Of a stretch of 64,000 bases of DNA, positions 45,126-64,000 are shown piece by piece. The position numbers and the translations under genes are program-made. The stretch comes from the human T2T-CHM13v2.0 reference genome, Homo sapiens. Each line of letters begins with the position of its first letter. Position 1 is the first letter of the stretch. The stretch lies in the NCBI RefSeq assembly GCF_009914755.1, contig NC_060936.1. One strand, written 5' to 3'. The notes beneath the pieces are model-generated. The model saw only the letters and a list, made by a program, of their open reading frames with translations. It was not told where the DNA came from and did no database searches.

Positions 45126-45971
45126 GTTTTATGATGTATTGGGACAGAAAAGTTTGTACTTTTTTGTACTTTTTATTTTTCAATACGGTGTTAATTCATT
45201 AAAAATAAAATAGTCTTCTGTGACAAAAATTCTACATGTTTATACTTTTTGTAATCTACAGACAGCACTTAGGAATAGTCCTTTATGTTGTAAATAGGGT
45301 GGAAGTATCTTTTTGTAAAGGCTGATAAAATTAACTGTATTCAATTTGACATTTATCCCCCCAAAACAGACAACTGCAAAGAAACTTGCAGGGAGTTTAA
45401 TCAGCAAGTTGAAAATTCAGATTCACAACCATGTTTTTACATTGAAATGTTCAACTTTCTCAAGGATTTCATAAACAATAAGCTCAAAACTTAGAAAAGC
45501 ATACAGTGAATTTTCAGTAACTAAATGCTCATGTACTCAATAAACTCTTTGTCTTTATGGAAAAACTCAGAATTTCCTATAAGAATCAATACAGAGTTAC
45601 TTCCGCCATCTCAACCCCCTCCCTGTTCCTTGTATTTATATCCTGGACGCTCAGTTGAAAAAAAATTCAAAATCTTTACATGTATGTATTTAATATTTCC
45701 TTCATCCTAATGTGTGTCAATATTAGAAGGCATGTGGAGAATCTAAACTGTCCTAAGACTTCTTTAAATAATTATTCACAATTCTATGGTCCTTAATAAT
45801 TTCATAATGCTGTGAAAATACATGGTCATTGTTCTGCATCATAATATTAGATATGCCAGTGGCATTTTCATCCTTACCTGTAGATGAGAACATTCAGATA
45901 GAATTTTCAGGCTGTTTCCCTATAGAAACACAACCAGGCTGTGTGACTTCAAGAAAATCAACCTTATTCTC

Positions 45972-46185
45972 CAGGGCAAGGTTTCTCCAACTCTACACTA
46001 TGGACATCTTAGGCTGGATAATTTTTTGTTGTGGAGGAGGAGAGCACCCTTGCAGGCCTCAGGAGATGTTTACCAGTTTCCCTAAATTCTACCTACTAGA
46101 TACCACTAGTGCCATCCAAAAATGTCTCCAGACATTTCCAAATATCCCCTGAGAGGCAAAATTGTCCCCTTTGAGAACCAATGAT
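45972..46185. mobile_element. MER20 DNA transposon
   Basis: ggtttctccaac...aaaaatgtctccagacattt...ttgagaacca. Confidence 0.75.
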
Positions 46186-46230
46186 CTGGAGAGAAAATGA
46201 TTGCATAAGCAACTAATAAGATGAATGTGA

Positions 46231-46616
<386 letters not shown>

Positions 46617-47471
46617 TAATCCTGCTGACTCCTAAATATATTTTACTATTTCCATGACACACATTTTTAAGAGAAGGCACTATCTCTACATCATGATATT
46701 GCAAATTAACAGCTCTATTTTTTAAAACTGGCAAATGACTTTTGTCTCAAACTTTGATTCCCAATCATATTGAAATATTAAGTAACACTATTTGAGTTAG
46801 TAAAGTGCTATTCTGCCAAAGAACTCAACCTGATCTTTTCTACTGACATTATTTCTGTGAGGTAGGTAGGAGCTTAGTGCTATGTACCATTGTTAGAGGA
46901 GATTAGGGGTCAATTTAAGGGTATACAACTTGTCAACAGCAAAACAGACATTGACAACTTGTATGGTTTTTCCCCCACTGGTGTTTTTGTCATTCAAATA
47001 ACTAAGAGTAGCAGATTATGTAATTTAAGTGACAATGGATTAACATTTAACCCTTATTTGGTTTTATCTAAAAATTTAGAAATTAAGATAAATTATTTTG
47101 AGCTAATACTATTACATTGCTTTCTTAAGAATTCTATCAGGCATTCTCCTGTGTTTATAAAACTAAAATATTGATAGTTCTAAATGTCACAAAAATATAT
47201 TCTGTCTAAAGGAAAGTGAACAAGAATGGAAACATCATGTTTCTCATTAAGAATACATGGCGTAACTCCCTGGCAATCAGGTAAGACAAAAAAATGGCCT
47301 GACTTTGATTTCCAAAATTGAAGCATTTTACACACATATGCATTTAGAATTATTAAACAAATAACCATAGTTCAAAACACATTCATGTAAAACAAACATA
47401 TCTTTCTACTTATTAAAACATTGTAGAAAGACTTCCCTAAATTTGATATTTGCTTACAAATACAGTGATTT

Positions 47472-47487
47472 AAAAATAACATATATC
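47472..47487 (+). repeat. 5' copy of 16-bp target-site duplication AAAAATAACATATATC
   Basis: identical to 56892-56907; preceded by TTT, giving a canonical L1 endonuclease TT/AAAA site. Confidence 0.92.
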
Positions 47488-47755
47488 GAATCTGGCCACT
47501 GGGCCAAGGAATGCCCACAGCCTGGGATTCCTCCTAAGCCATGTCCCATCTGTGTGGGACCCCACTGAAAATCGGACTGTTCAACTCACCTGGCAGCCAC
47601 TCCCAGAGGCCCTGGAACTCTGGCCCAAGGCTCTCTGACTGACTCCTTCCCAGATCTTCTCGGCTTAGCGGCTGAAGACGGACACTGCCCGATGGCCTCA
47701 GAAGCCCCCTAGACCATCACGGACGCCGAGCTTTAAGTAACTCTCACAGTGGAAG
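47488..47755 (+). mobile_element. HERV-H internal fragment (gag NC zinc knuckles to start of pro), no LTR
   Basis: translates ESGHWAKECPQPGIPPKPCPICVGPH*KSDC...LLGLAAED...VTLTVE; retroviral CCHC knuckles; matches recalled HERV-H gag/pro sequence. Confidence 0.88.
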
Positions 47756-48038
47756 AAAAGAAGGAATACCGGGGGAGGAGCCAAGATGGCCAAATAGGAA
47801 CAGCTCCGGTATACAGCTCCCAGCGTGAGCGACGCAGAAGACAGGTGATTTCTGCATTTCCATCTGAGGTACCCGGTTCATCTCACTAGGGAGTGCCAGA
47901 CAGTGGGCGCGGGTCAGTGGGTGCGTGCACCATGCGCAAGCCGAAGCAGGGCGAGGCATTGCCTCACTTGGGAAGCGCAAGGGGACAGGGAGTTCCCTTT
48001 CCGAGTCAAAAAAAGGGGTGACAGACGCACCTGGATAA

Positions 48039-48221
48039 TCAGGTCACTCCCACCCGAATATTGCGCTTTTCGGACCGGCTTAAAAAACGGCGCACCACGA
48101 GATTATATCCTGCACCTGGCTCGGAGGGTCCTACGCCCACGGAATCTCGCTGATTGATAGCACAGCAGTCTGAGATCAAACTGCAAGGCGGCAGCGAGGC
48201 TGGGGGAGGGGCGCCCGCCAT
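48039..48221 (-). pseudogene. L1 antisense ORF0, truncated to 60 aa
   Basis: MAGAPPPASLPPCSLISDCC...RVGVT* in the L1 5' UTR; the stop comes earlier than in the 71-aa consensus ORF0. Confidence 0.8.
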
Positions 48222-48669
48222 TGCCCAGGCTTGATTAGGTAAACAAAACAGCCGGGAAGCTCGAACTGGGTGGAGCCCACCACAGCTCAAGGAGGCCTGC
48301 CTGCCTCTGTAGGCTCCACCTCTGGGGGCAGGGCACAGACAAACAAAAAGACAGCAGTAACCTCTGCAGACTTAAATGTCCCTGTCTGACAGCTTTGTAG
48401 AGAGCAGTGGTTCTCCCAGCACGCAGCTGGAGATCTGAGAACGGGCAGACTGCCTCCTCAAGTGGGTCCCTGACCCCTGAGCAGCCTAACTGGGAGGCAC
48501 CCCCCAGCAGGGGCACACTGACACCTCACAGGGCAGGGTATTCCAACAGACCTGCAGCTGAGGGTCCTGTCTGTTAGAAGGAAAACTAACAAACAGAAAG
48601 GACATCCACACCAAAAACCCATCTGTACATCACCATCATCAAAGACCAAAAGTAGATAAAACCACAAAG

Positions 48670-49686
48670 ATGGGGAAAAAACAGAACAGAAAAACTGGAA
48701 ACTCTAAAACGCAGAGCGCCTCTCCTCCTCCAAAGGAACGCAGTTCCTCACCAGCAACGGAACAAAGCTGGATGGAGAATGACTTTGACGAGCTGAGAGA
48801 AGAAGGCTTCAGACGATCAAATTACTCTGAGCTATGGGAGGACATTCAAACCAAAGGCAAAGAAGTTGAAAACTTTGAAAAAAATTTAGAAGAATGTATA
48901 ACTAGAATAACCAATACAGAGAAGTGCTTAAAGGAGCTGATGGAGCTGAAAACCAAGGCTCGAGAACTATGTGAAGAATGCAGAAGCCTCAGGAGCCAAT
49001 GCGATCAACTGGAAGAAAGGGTATCAGCGATGGAAGATGAAATGAATGAAATGAAGCGAGAAGGGAAGTTTAGAGAAAAAAGAATAAAAAGAAATGAGCA
49101 AAGCCTCCAAGAAATATGGGACTATGTGAAAAGACCAAATCTACGTCTGATCAGTGTACCGGAAAGTGATGGGGAGAATGGAACCAAGTTGGAAAACACT
49201 CTGCAGGATATTATCCAGGAGAACTTCCCCAATCTAGCAAGGCAGGCCAACGTTCAGATTCAGGAAATACAGAGAACGCCACAAAGATACTCCTCAAGAA
49301 GAGCAACTCCAAGACACATAATTGTCAGATTCACCAAAGTTGAAATGAAGGAAAAAATGTTAAGGGCAGCCAGAGAGAAAGGTCAGGTTACCCTCAAAGG
49401 GAAGCCCATCAGACTAACAGCAGATCTCTCGGCAGAAACCCTATAAGCCAGAAGAGAGTGGGGGCCAATATTCAACATTCTTAAAGAAAAGAATTTTCAA
49501 CCCAGAATTTCATATCCAGCCAAACTAAGCTTCATAAGTGAAGAAGAAATAAAATACTTTACAGACAAGCAAATGCTGAGAGATTTTGTCACCACCAGGC
49601 CTGCCCTAAAAGAGCTCCTGAAGGAAGCGCTAAACATGGAAAGGAACAACCGGTACCAGCCACTGCAAAATCATGCCAACATGTAA
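48670..49686 (+). pseudogene. L1 ORF1p, disrupted by a premature TAA at 49444-49446
   Basis: MGKKQNRKTGNSK...; normal stop position at 49684-49686. Confidence 0.95.
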
Positions 49687-49749
49687 AGACCATCGAGACT
49701 AGGAAGAAACTGCATTAACTAACGAGCAAAATCACCAGCTAACATCATA

Positions 49750-53576
<3,827 letters not shown>

Positions 53577-53766
53577 ACAATGAGATCACATGGACACAGG
53601 AAGGGGAATATCACACTCTGGGGACTGTGGTGGGGTCGGGGGAGGGGGGAGGGATAGCATTGGGAGATATACCTAATGCTAGATGACACGTTGGTGGGTG
53701 CAGCGCACCAGCATGTCACATGTATACATATGTAACTAACCTGCACAATGTGCACATGTACCCTAA

Positions 53767-56891
<3,125 letters not shown>

Positions 56892-56907
56892 AAAAATAAC
56901 ATATATC
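56892..56907 (+). repeat. 3' copy of 16-bp TSD AAAAATAACATATATC
   Basis: identical to 47472-47487. Confidence 0.92.
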
Positions 56908-56936
56908 CACATAAGAAATACATGAATATATAGTTA

Positions 56937-57160
56937 ATTTATTTGTATTATTTATTTATTTATTTATTTATTGAGTTAGGGCTTCATCACCCAGGGTGGA
57001 GTACAGTAGCGCAATCACAGCTCAGTGCAGCCTCGACCTCCTGGCTCTAGCAATCTTCCCACCTCAGCCTCCTAAGTAGCTGAGACTACAGACACACACC
57101 ACCGTGCCTGGCTAATTCTTGTGTTTTTTTGTAGAGATGGAGTTTTGAACATTGCCCAGG
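56937..57160 (-). mobile_element. AluJ fragment
   Basis: (TTTA)n tail followed by a diverged reverse Alu. Confidence 0.8.
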
Positions 57161-57207
57161 TTTATGCAGTTAATTTAAATGTTATATAAATCTCCCTCTC
57201 TCTCTCT

Positions 57208-57530
57208 CTTTTTTTTTTTTTTTTTTTTTTTTTCCCAGAGACAAGATTTCACTCTGTTACCCAGGCTGGAGTGCAGTGGTGTAATCATAGCTCAATGCAG
57301 CCTTGAAATCCTGGGCTTAAGCTATCCTCCCACCTCAGCTTCCCTAATAACTGGGACTCCAAGTATGTGGCAACATGCCTAGCTAAGTTTTTTTTATTTT
57401 TATTTTTTATTTTTGTAGAGATGAGGTCTAACTATGTTTCCAGGCTGGACTTAAACTCTGGACCTCAAGCGATCTTCCTGCCTCAGCCTCCCAAATGTTC
57501 AGATTACAAGCATGAGCCATCATGCCCAGG
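57208..57530 (-). mobile_element. AluJ
   Basis: poly-T followed by a diverged reverse Alu dimer. Confidence 0.85.
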
Positions 57531-57619
57531 CTTTTTTTTTTTTTTAAATTTCTTAACATTGTCAGTTAGCAACCTCTAAATGTACAGGGCATGATTACCT
57601 AAATAACACGTATCAGAAA

Positions 57620-59012
57620 ATAAGCATAAAATTATTTAATCATAAAAACATTTGTATGTATCTAAATATTTCTCTTATGTTTCTAAAAAAATTGAGTTTA
57701 AAAAAGAACTTTTAAACAGTATCTAATGTGGGAACTGTACAAAAAATAAGTTATTGATGAACTCCTATAACCAAACTCTTAGCTAGGAACATAGCAAAAT
57801 AAACAGCTAAGCAACTTTGAGACTGCTACTTAAAAATTTTAAAACATGGAACAAAGCATTTTTTGAGTCCAGACGTTTTAAAAAAAGTAGTGTTTGCTTA
57901 TATAATTTAGCCCTTTAACTGGATAAATATACCGAAATTTCAAAATTTCTAGGCATATGTATCTTTAATTGATTGCAAATTAGTTGACATTCAAAAGTTC
58001 AACTTAATAGCATTAAGTGTAGTCATCTAACTCCATGGAGCTTAACCATTTTGAAGAATATAATATTCTTGGATCATCAAGTCCATAAATACCTACATCA
58101 AGTATATGTTAGTACCAAGCTAATGGGAGTTCATAATTTATAGTCTGGGACTTGATAAGCCAGGATTTGGGGTGGCATGATTCACATGAGTGTCTTGAGA
58201 CATATCCAAGCCCAGGGCAATAAACAGAAAATTATGAAGACAAGCTCAGTTAGAGTGCACAATAAAACCCAAGTTGATAGGTCAGAAACTGGGCATGCAG
58301 ATAAAAATTACAGTCTAAGAAAGGCAGTATCAGCAGCCAAAGCCCAGAAACTCTAGAAAACAAGCCAAAAGGCACAAGAATTAATGAACAGCACCAAGAA
58401 GACTTTGATCATTGGGCCCACGGTCTTTCCCAGCCAGAATACTTATTGATTACCACCTTCCTGATTCAGAATCAGTTTGCAGGTTAGTATATGCCCTGGA
58501 CTGATAGGGGGATAAAAAGCAAAGATCTAGACAACACAGACCTGTTACCTCATTGCTCCCTAAGAATGGTGTATGTGGTAGGAGGGAAAAAAGCTCTTTT
58601 CAAGATGAATTGTGATGTTGGCAAACTTCCAAACTTATATGCTAGCACCAAGGCATGGAAAATATTTTCAATAATACCCAAATTTAAGAATATACCTTTG
58701 ACAATCAAATACATGTTCATATGTGTGTATTAGCCTTTCAGCATCTATGTAGTTACAATTTTCACAATTATAGCTTCATCGAAATAAAGGAAAGAGAGGG
58801 AAATGTCAATGCCAGAATTCTAAACTCCAGAGTAACATCAATTAATGATGTAGTAAATGAAGATAGTCCAGACTTTGTTTTAACAAAAACTTATCCCCCA
58901 AACACTCATGATACAACACACACACACACACACAAAGAAAACCTGATCCAATTATCTTAGAAAACATATAAAATTGAAACATCATTTAAGGATATCTAGT
59001 ATCAGAGCAGCT
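57620..59012 (-). other. SLC5A8: SLC5A8 3' UTR (distal end uncertain)
   Basis: follows the stop codon; candidate minus-strand ATTAAA signals at 57964-57969 and 57635-57640. Confidence 0.5.
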
Positions 59013-59135
59013 TCACAAACGAGTCCCATTGCTCTTGCCACTCTGATCTGAGTTCAATTCAATGTGGTTGAAAGCAGGATTATCAGTTCCACCATCTTCC
59101 ACTGGATGTGATTTATAGCTCAAAACATGCTTCTT
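59013..59135 (-). CDS. SLC5A8: SLC5A8 last coding exon (KKHVLSYKSHPVEDGGTDNPAFNHIELNSDQSGKSNGTRL*), ending in a class I PDZ-binding motif TRL
   Basis: minus-strand ttttcttttag acceptor; 40 codons plus TGA; matches the recalled SMCT1 C-terminus. Confidence 0.93.
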   Translation of the reverse strand, partial: KKHVLSYKSHPVEDGGTDNPAFNHIELNSDQSGKSNGTRL

Positions 59136-59259
59136 CTAAAAGAAAATGTTAACATGGTGATTAGGGGGAGAAAAAGAAGCTCTTCATTCATGTAATTCTA
59201 AATAATTGTTTCTACTATTTTTATTTCTCTGCATCAGCTTTCTAATCTACTGAGGGAGA

Positions 59260-59870
59260 GAAATATATAACAGGTATACTTCCTCAGAGGATACCGAGAT
59301 ATTCAACAGATACAGGTTATCAGAAGATAGATACAAAATAGCCCATCAGACAATAGATATACAACAGATTTATAATATCAGAGGATAGACAGATATATAG
59401 AGAGATATAACAGATATAAGTTATCAGAGGATAGACAGATATAGAGAGATATACAACAGATACAGGTTATCAGAGGATAGACAGATATAGAGAGAGATAC
59501 AATAGATATAGATTATCAGAGGATAGACAGATATAGAGAGATATACAACAGGTATAGCTCATCAGAGAATAGAGGGATATACAACAGATATAGGTTATCA
59601 GAGGATAGAGAGAGATAGATATACAACAGGTGTAGCTCATCAGAGAATAGAGGGATATACAACAGATATAGGTTATCAGAGGATAGAGAGATATACAGCA
59701 GATAAAGATCATCAAAGGAAAGAGGATATGCAACAGATATAGCTCATCAGAGGATACACAGATAAGCAATAGGTATAGCGTATCAGAGGATATGGAGCTA
59801 TAAAACAGACATAGATCATCATAGGATAGAGAGCTATCCAACATATATAGATCATCAGATTATATAGGGT
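59260..59870. repeat. Degenerate ~35-45-bp minisatellite in the last intron of SLC5A8
   Basis: recurring unit agagatatacaacagatataggttatcagaggatag. Confidence 0.88.
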
Positions 59871-59982
59871 CTATACCTTCCTTGTCCATCACTTTTCAAG
59901 AAAGAGGTTGAGAACTAATTAGTGTTCTATCCAGGTAATAAAGCCCAGTTTCCTAACTCAAGGTAAATGAAAGCCAACTCAC

Positions 59983-60062
59983 TTTCTTAAAAATATCAAA
60001 ATTGGATAAAAAGTCCTCTTTGGTTAGTATATATCTGGGGTCTAAGTTCTGTTTTCTTCCTC
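59983..60062 (-). CDS. SLC5A8: SLC5A8 penultimate exon (GGRKQNLDPRYILTKEDFLSNFDIFKK)
   Basis: minus-strand ttttccag acceptor, gtgagt donor; 80 nt, phase 1 to 0, fits both neighbours; translated by hand. Confidence 0.93.
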
Positions 60063-60282
60063 CTGGAAAAAAAAATGTACATGACTTACGTTGTTAAAAA
60101 GGACACCAGTAACTACACAGAGACATTCCATTATACAGGCATTTAACTTGTTCACGTTCAACTCCATACATTCAAAAAACACAAAGAGAAAGGGAAACTT
60201 AAAAGCACTGATCACTTAGCCCGCAATTCCCCTTTCCTTAATTAGCCCCAGGTCTTGAAAGCCTCTCACTATAATAAATATG

Positions 60283-60284
<2 letters not shown>

Positions 60285-60337
<53 letters not shown>
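60285..60337. repeat. (TC)n(TA)n microsatellite
   Basis: directly visible. Confidence 0.95.
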
Positions 60338-61602
60338 GTATCATATATATGTGTGTGAGATAGAGCTTAAATGCAAGCCAACTGCTTCATCTGGTACTCA
60401 ACTAGAGAAACAGTCATCTGGCCCAATGCTGGTAGGAAAACTGGTTTAAAAGCACCCTCCATGCCATCAGTAAAATATCAAACCATCTGCCCCGCTTCAG
60501 ACAGTGGAGCTGCTTTTCCCCACTTTGTTGGCTACAAATATACATGTCTATGAAGAAATGCAGGCAATTCGGAACTGCTGAATAAATTACTTAAGTGAAA
60601 ATTAGTATGCTGACTGACGTTTGATCCAAATCCTCTTCCCTAAGGTTTTCTTTACAAAAAAAAAAAAAAAAAAATTCTATTTTGCTTTGGTATTTTTTGT
60701 GGATCAAAGAGGATGCTTTTAAAAATTGTGTATCTCAAAGAGTGGTCCTCAAACTACCCTTCCCCAAATCATTCAAGGAATGTACTTAAAATGCAGATTC
60801 CCAGACTCTAGCCTGGACTGACCAAATTAGGACCTCTGCAGGTAGGACCCCTGAAGCCTGATTTTTATAAAATTTCCAAGAGGATCCTTATGCCCTCTAA
60901 AGTTTAAGAACCACTACTTTAGTACAAATACTAGACTTTTAATTATGGGAACCTCTGCTGTTCTGGAGATAGAATCAATTTTAAATGAATTCGTTCAATG
61001 TTATTGAGTACCTACTGTGTGCTGGAGATGCTGCTAGGTGCTAGAGAAACAAAGAAACAAAACAATCTCTGTGCCCACAGTTTGTGATCTACTTAGGAAA
61101 CTATTTGCCCCCATTTTCCTGATGAAAACATAGCCTTCTGCATAGTAAAAATCAGGGGAGTGCTGAAACGCCAACCAAGTCTGTAAGGCCTGAACTCTTA
61201 TGGGAGTTTTAGTATACTACGATAGGTTTTAAAATCTGTTTCCCAGGGAGCATCAAAATTGTGTGCTTCTCATAGTTTTCAAGGTACTCACTGCTTCTGT
61301 GAAGTAGGAATAAGTTATTTGTGAAGTTAATGAAGTTGAAGTGTTTTCTATTACTGGATCCCAGTCACTGAGGTAGAGTGTTACTTCTTGAAACAAAAGA
61401 TATAGCTGTATATGGTTTTTCAGAATCAAAGCATTTAAAAGAAAAAAAGGAGTATTCAAAGGAGCTACTCTGATACTCCACTTTCTTTTAAAAAATGAGC
61501 TAAATAAGGACCAAAGGGCAAATAGTACAGGGAGACTGGTTAGGTGTATTCCAGATCTGAACAACTGAATAACTGCTGGGAAAAGATGAAAATCTGTCTT
61601 AA

Positions 61603-61910
61603 GACTGGGCATGGTGGTGGCTCACGCCTGTAATCCCTACAATTTGGGAGACCAAGGTGGGCAGATCACCTGAGGTCAGGAGTTCGAGACCAGCCTGGCC
61701 AATATGGTGAAACCCCATCTCTATTAAAATTACAAAAATTAGCCGGGCGTGGTGGTGCGTGCCTGTAGTCCCAGCTACTCGGGAAGCTGAGGCAGAAGAA
61801 TCCCTTGAACGCAGGAGGCAGAGGTTACAGTGAGCCAAGATCGCACCACTGTACTCCAGCCTGGGCAAAAGAGCGAGATTCCATCTCAACAGCAACAACA
61901 ACAACAACAA
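61603..61910 (+). mobile_element. AluS with (CAA)n tail
   Basis: Alu dimer; TSD aaaatctgtct. Confidence 0.93.
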
Positions 61911-63309
61911 AAATCTGTCTGAAAATATATCAAACTGGACCAAACAAATTAATAAACCTACTGTACTGGGAATTTTATTTTTGAGAAAGAGCACAGTCCT
62001 TTTGGAAAAGAAAGAATATTTTCCAACAACTGAGAAATAATGAATAGCAACAAATTTTATAATTATAAATACAAGTGTCACAGAAGTTTGAGAGACAGTG
62101 CTATCTCAGTGCCAAAAAACAGAAAATGATAGCAGGATTCTGTAAAGTGGCACAGTGCTGGCAGCTTTGTAGCATGGAGCAAACAAAGACATCAGACATC
62201 CTTGAACACAACTAGTTGTAACACATGTTGAAGGAGGCAGTTGCACCCTTCCCCTGGCGTGGCTGCTATGGATGCATACATGTGAGGGGATGTAGGGAGT
62301 CAGGGAGCCCAGCATGTTTCACCAACTCCGCACTACCCCGGCCCCAGCACTGTGATCTCTCACCTGGGTTACTGCAATAGCCTCTTCCCTGCCCTCGTTC
62401 CCCTACAGACTATTCTCAAAATTGGATCAGAGCACTCCTTTGAGAATTATTGGAAAAGTAAGTGAAAAAATATCTCACATAGTAGACCTAAAAGACACGG
62501 AGAGGAAAAATAAGGGAGAAAAAAACGAGAAAATTAGAGGAACTGTCCATGATTCTGATTCAAATGTTTGACTAATAGGAGTTCTCAGAGAGAGAACACA
62601 GAAAATTATTAAAAATAGAAATAAAAAGGAAGAAAAGAAAACAAAAAAGAAAATGTCCAGAACTGAAGGGCATGGATCTTCAGATTGAATGGGCCCTACT
62701 GAAGGCCTAGGCCAAGGCAGTCATTGTGAAAATGGGACACACACAAAGTGTCAGCTGGTAGCAGAGCGCTGTCACAACAGCAACATAGCAAGCTAGAAAA
62801 AAATTCAGACATCCTCTCAGAAAAAAGAAAAGTTCTTTTCAACCCTAGCAATTTCTACTCAAACAATCAATCAAGCATAAGATAGATTAAATAATTTTTT
62901 TTCAGACACACAAAGTTTCCAAAACCTCTTCTTTTGTCTACTCTTTCTTGAGAATATGCTATAGGATGTGTTTCATTCAATTAAGGGAGTAAATGAGAAT
63001 GAGAAGTAATGAATATAGGCAGTAGAAAACCCAACACAGGAACAGGGGCTAAGAGAATTCATAGAATGAGGACAAAATGGAGTCCCAAGATAACCGTTCT
63101 ATAGCAATCCCAGAGAGCAATTTATATACTATGTGTATCAATTTGATTTTTTAAAAATGAACACACTTTTTAAAAAATGATAAATATCTGAAAAAAAAGC
63201 CTCCACACTATGTTTAGATATAACCTGTGTATGCTTCTTTACAGTTCACAAAGAATGAATACTGGACCATGTAAAGATCACAGCATATTGGGTTATTATA
63301 AAAATATGT

Positions 63310-63540
63310 GTAAAATCCCTAACATCATAGCAGTTATGAAGTTCTTTTCAAGCATCTTATTTTTGTCTTACAGCAACTTGTGAGATGGGCAGGTCGATTA
63401 TTATTGTCCTCATTTTATACATAAGAAAGCTGAGGCTCAGTGTAGCTATGTGACTTGCCCAAGTTCATGCAGCCCCTAAAGGGCAGAACCAAGATTCAAA
63501 TAGAAATGAGTCTTCTGCTTTCAAGTCTAGGCCTTCAGAT
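63310..63540 (-). mobile_element. MIR SINE
   Basis: cattttatacataagaaagctgaggctcag...tgacttgcccaag core. Confidence 0.8.
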
Positions 63541-63679
63541 TTCCCATGAGTAAAACAGAAGAAATAATTAAACTAGTTGGCAATAGGATCATAGTAAAAT
63601 AACATAAATAGCTATAAAACAGATACAGTAAAAACTGATATAGAGGTAAATACAACAATACTAATGTTTAGATAGTTAC

Positions 63680-63783
63680 CTGTTGATAAACTGACAAGTA
63701 TCCCCACTAATAATGTTACCAAAGTTCCAACAGTGCTGAAGTACAGATATGATAAAGAATACCAGTTATCCATCAGTGGAGTC
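63680..63783 (-). CDS. SLC5A8: SLC5A8 coding exon ([34 protein letters not shown]; last TM helix)
   Basis: minus-strand ctcttag acceptor and gtaact donor; SLC5/SMCT motif WYSLSYLY. Confidence 0.93.
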
Positions 63784-64000
63784 CTAAGAGAGCAAAAACA
63801 CAACGGTAAGATTTCATGTAATGCCACTAGCAACTACCAGTATATACCAGTGATTCCCATGGCAAGGTCAAAATATAACACTTAATAATGTTTTTAATGT
63901 CATAACCTGCTGTCCTAATTTTATCTTATCAGATCAGGAATTGAAAGCAAAACTTCACCTTGACTATATACTAAAATACTTGAAGGTCATGTTTATTCAT

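Noticed and set aside
47488-47755. Independent HERV-H provirus remnant or an expressed gag peptide
   Set aside because: No LTR or other internal sequence nearby, it lies inside the L1 TSD, and the frame has three stop codons.
59260-59870. CRISPR-like array, or the 124-aa Cys/Tyr-rich ORF 59470-59844
   Set aside because: The units are degenerate tandem copies with no unique spacers and lie in a eukaryotic intron. The ORF is a by-product of the repeat.

Overview
Human/primate genomic DNA, not microbial. It holds two convergent genes: the last six coding exons plus a non-coding 3'-UTR exon of ANO4 (anoctamin-4, + strand, ~1.3-30.4 kb), and the last three exons of SLC5A8 (SMCT1, - strand, ~57.6-63.8 kb). 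Introns and the intergenic region are dense in Alu, L1, MIR/L2, MaLR/ERV1 LTRs and DNA-transposon fossils. The most striking structure is a ~9.4-kb composite retro-insertion at 47472-56907 bounded by a single 16-bp target-site duplication. In order it contains: a 268-bp HERV-H gag/pro fragment that stops where I recall a HERV-H splice donor; a 15-nt linker resembling the source element's own TSD; and a full-length L1PA2-like element. Into that L1 a younger pre-Ta (ACG) L1HS copy appears to have inserted in register, creating a 3079-bp tandem repeat. I read it as an L1 mobilised from a spliced, HERV-H-driven transcript (5' transduction), later hit by a nested homology-resolved L1 insertion. Repeat subfamily names come from recalled consensus sequences and need RepeatMasker/Dfam confirmation; most repeat boundaries are approximate.
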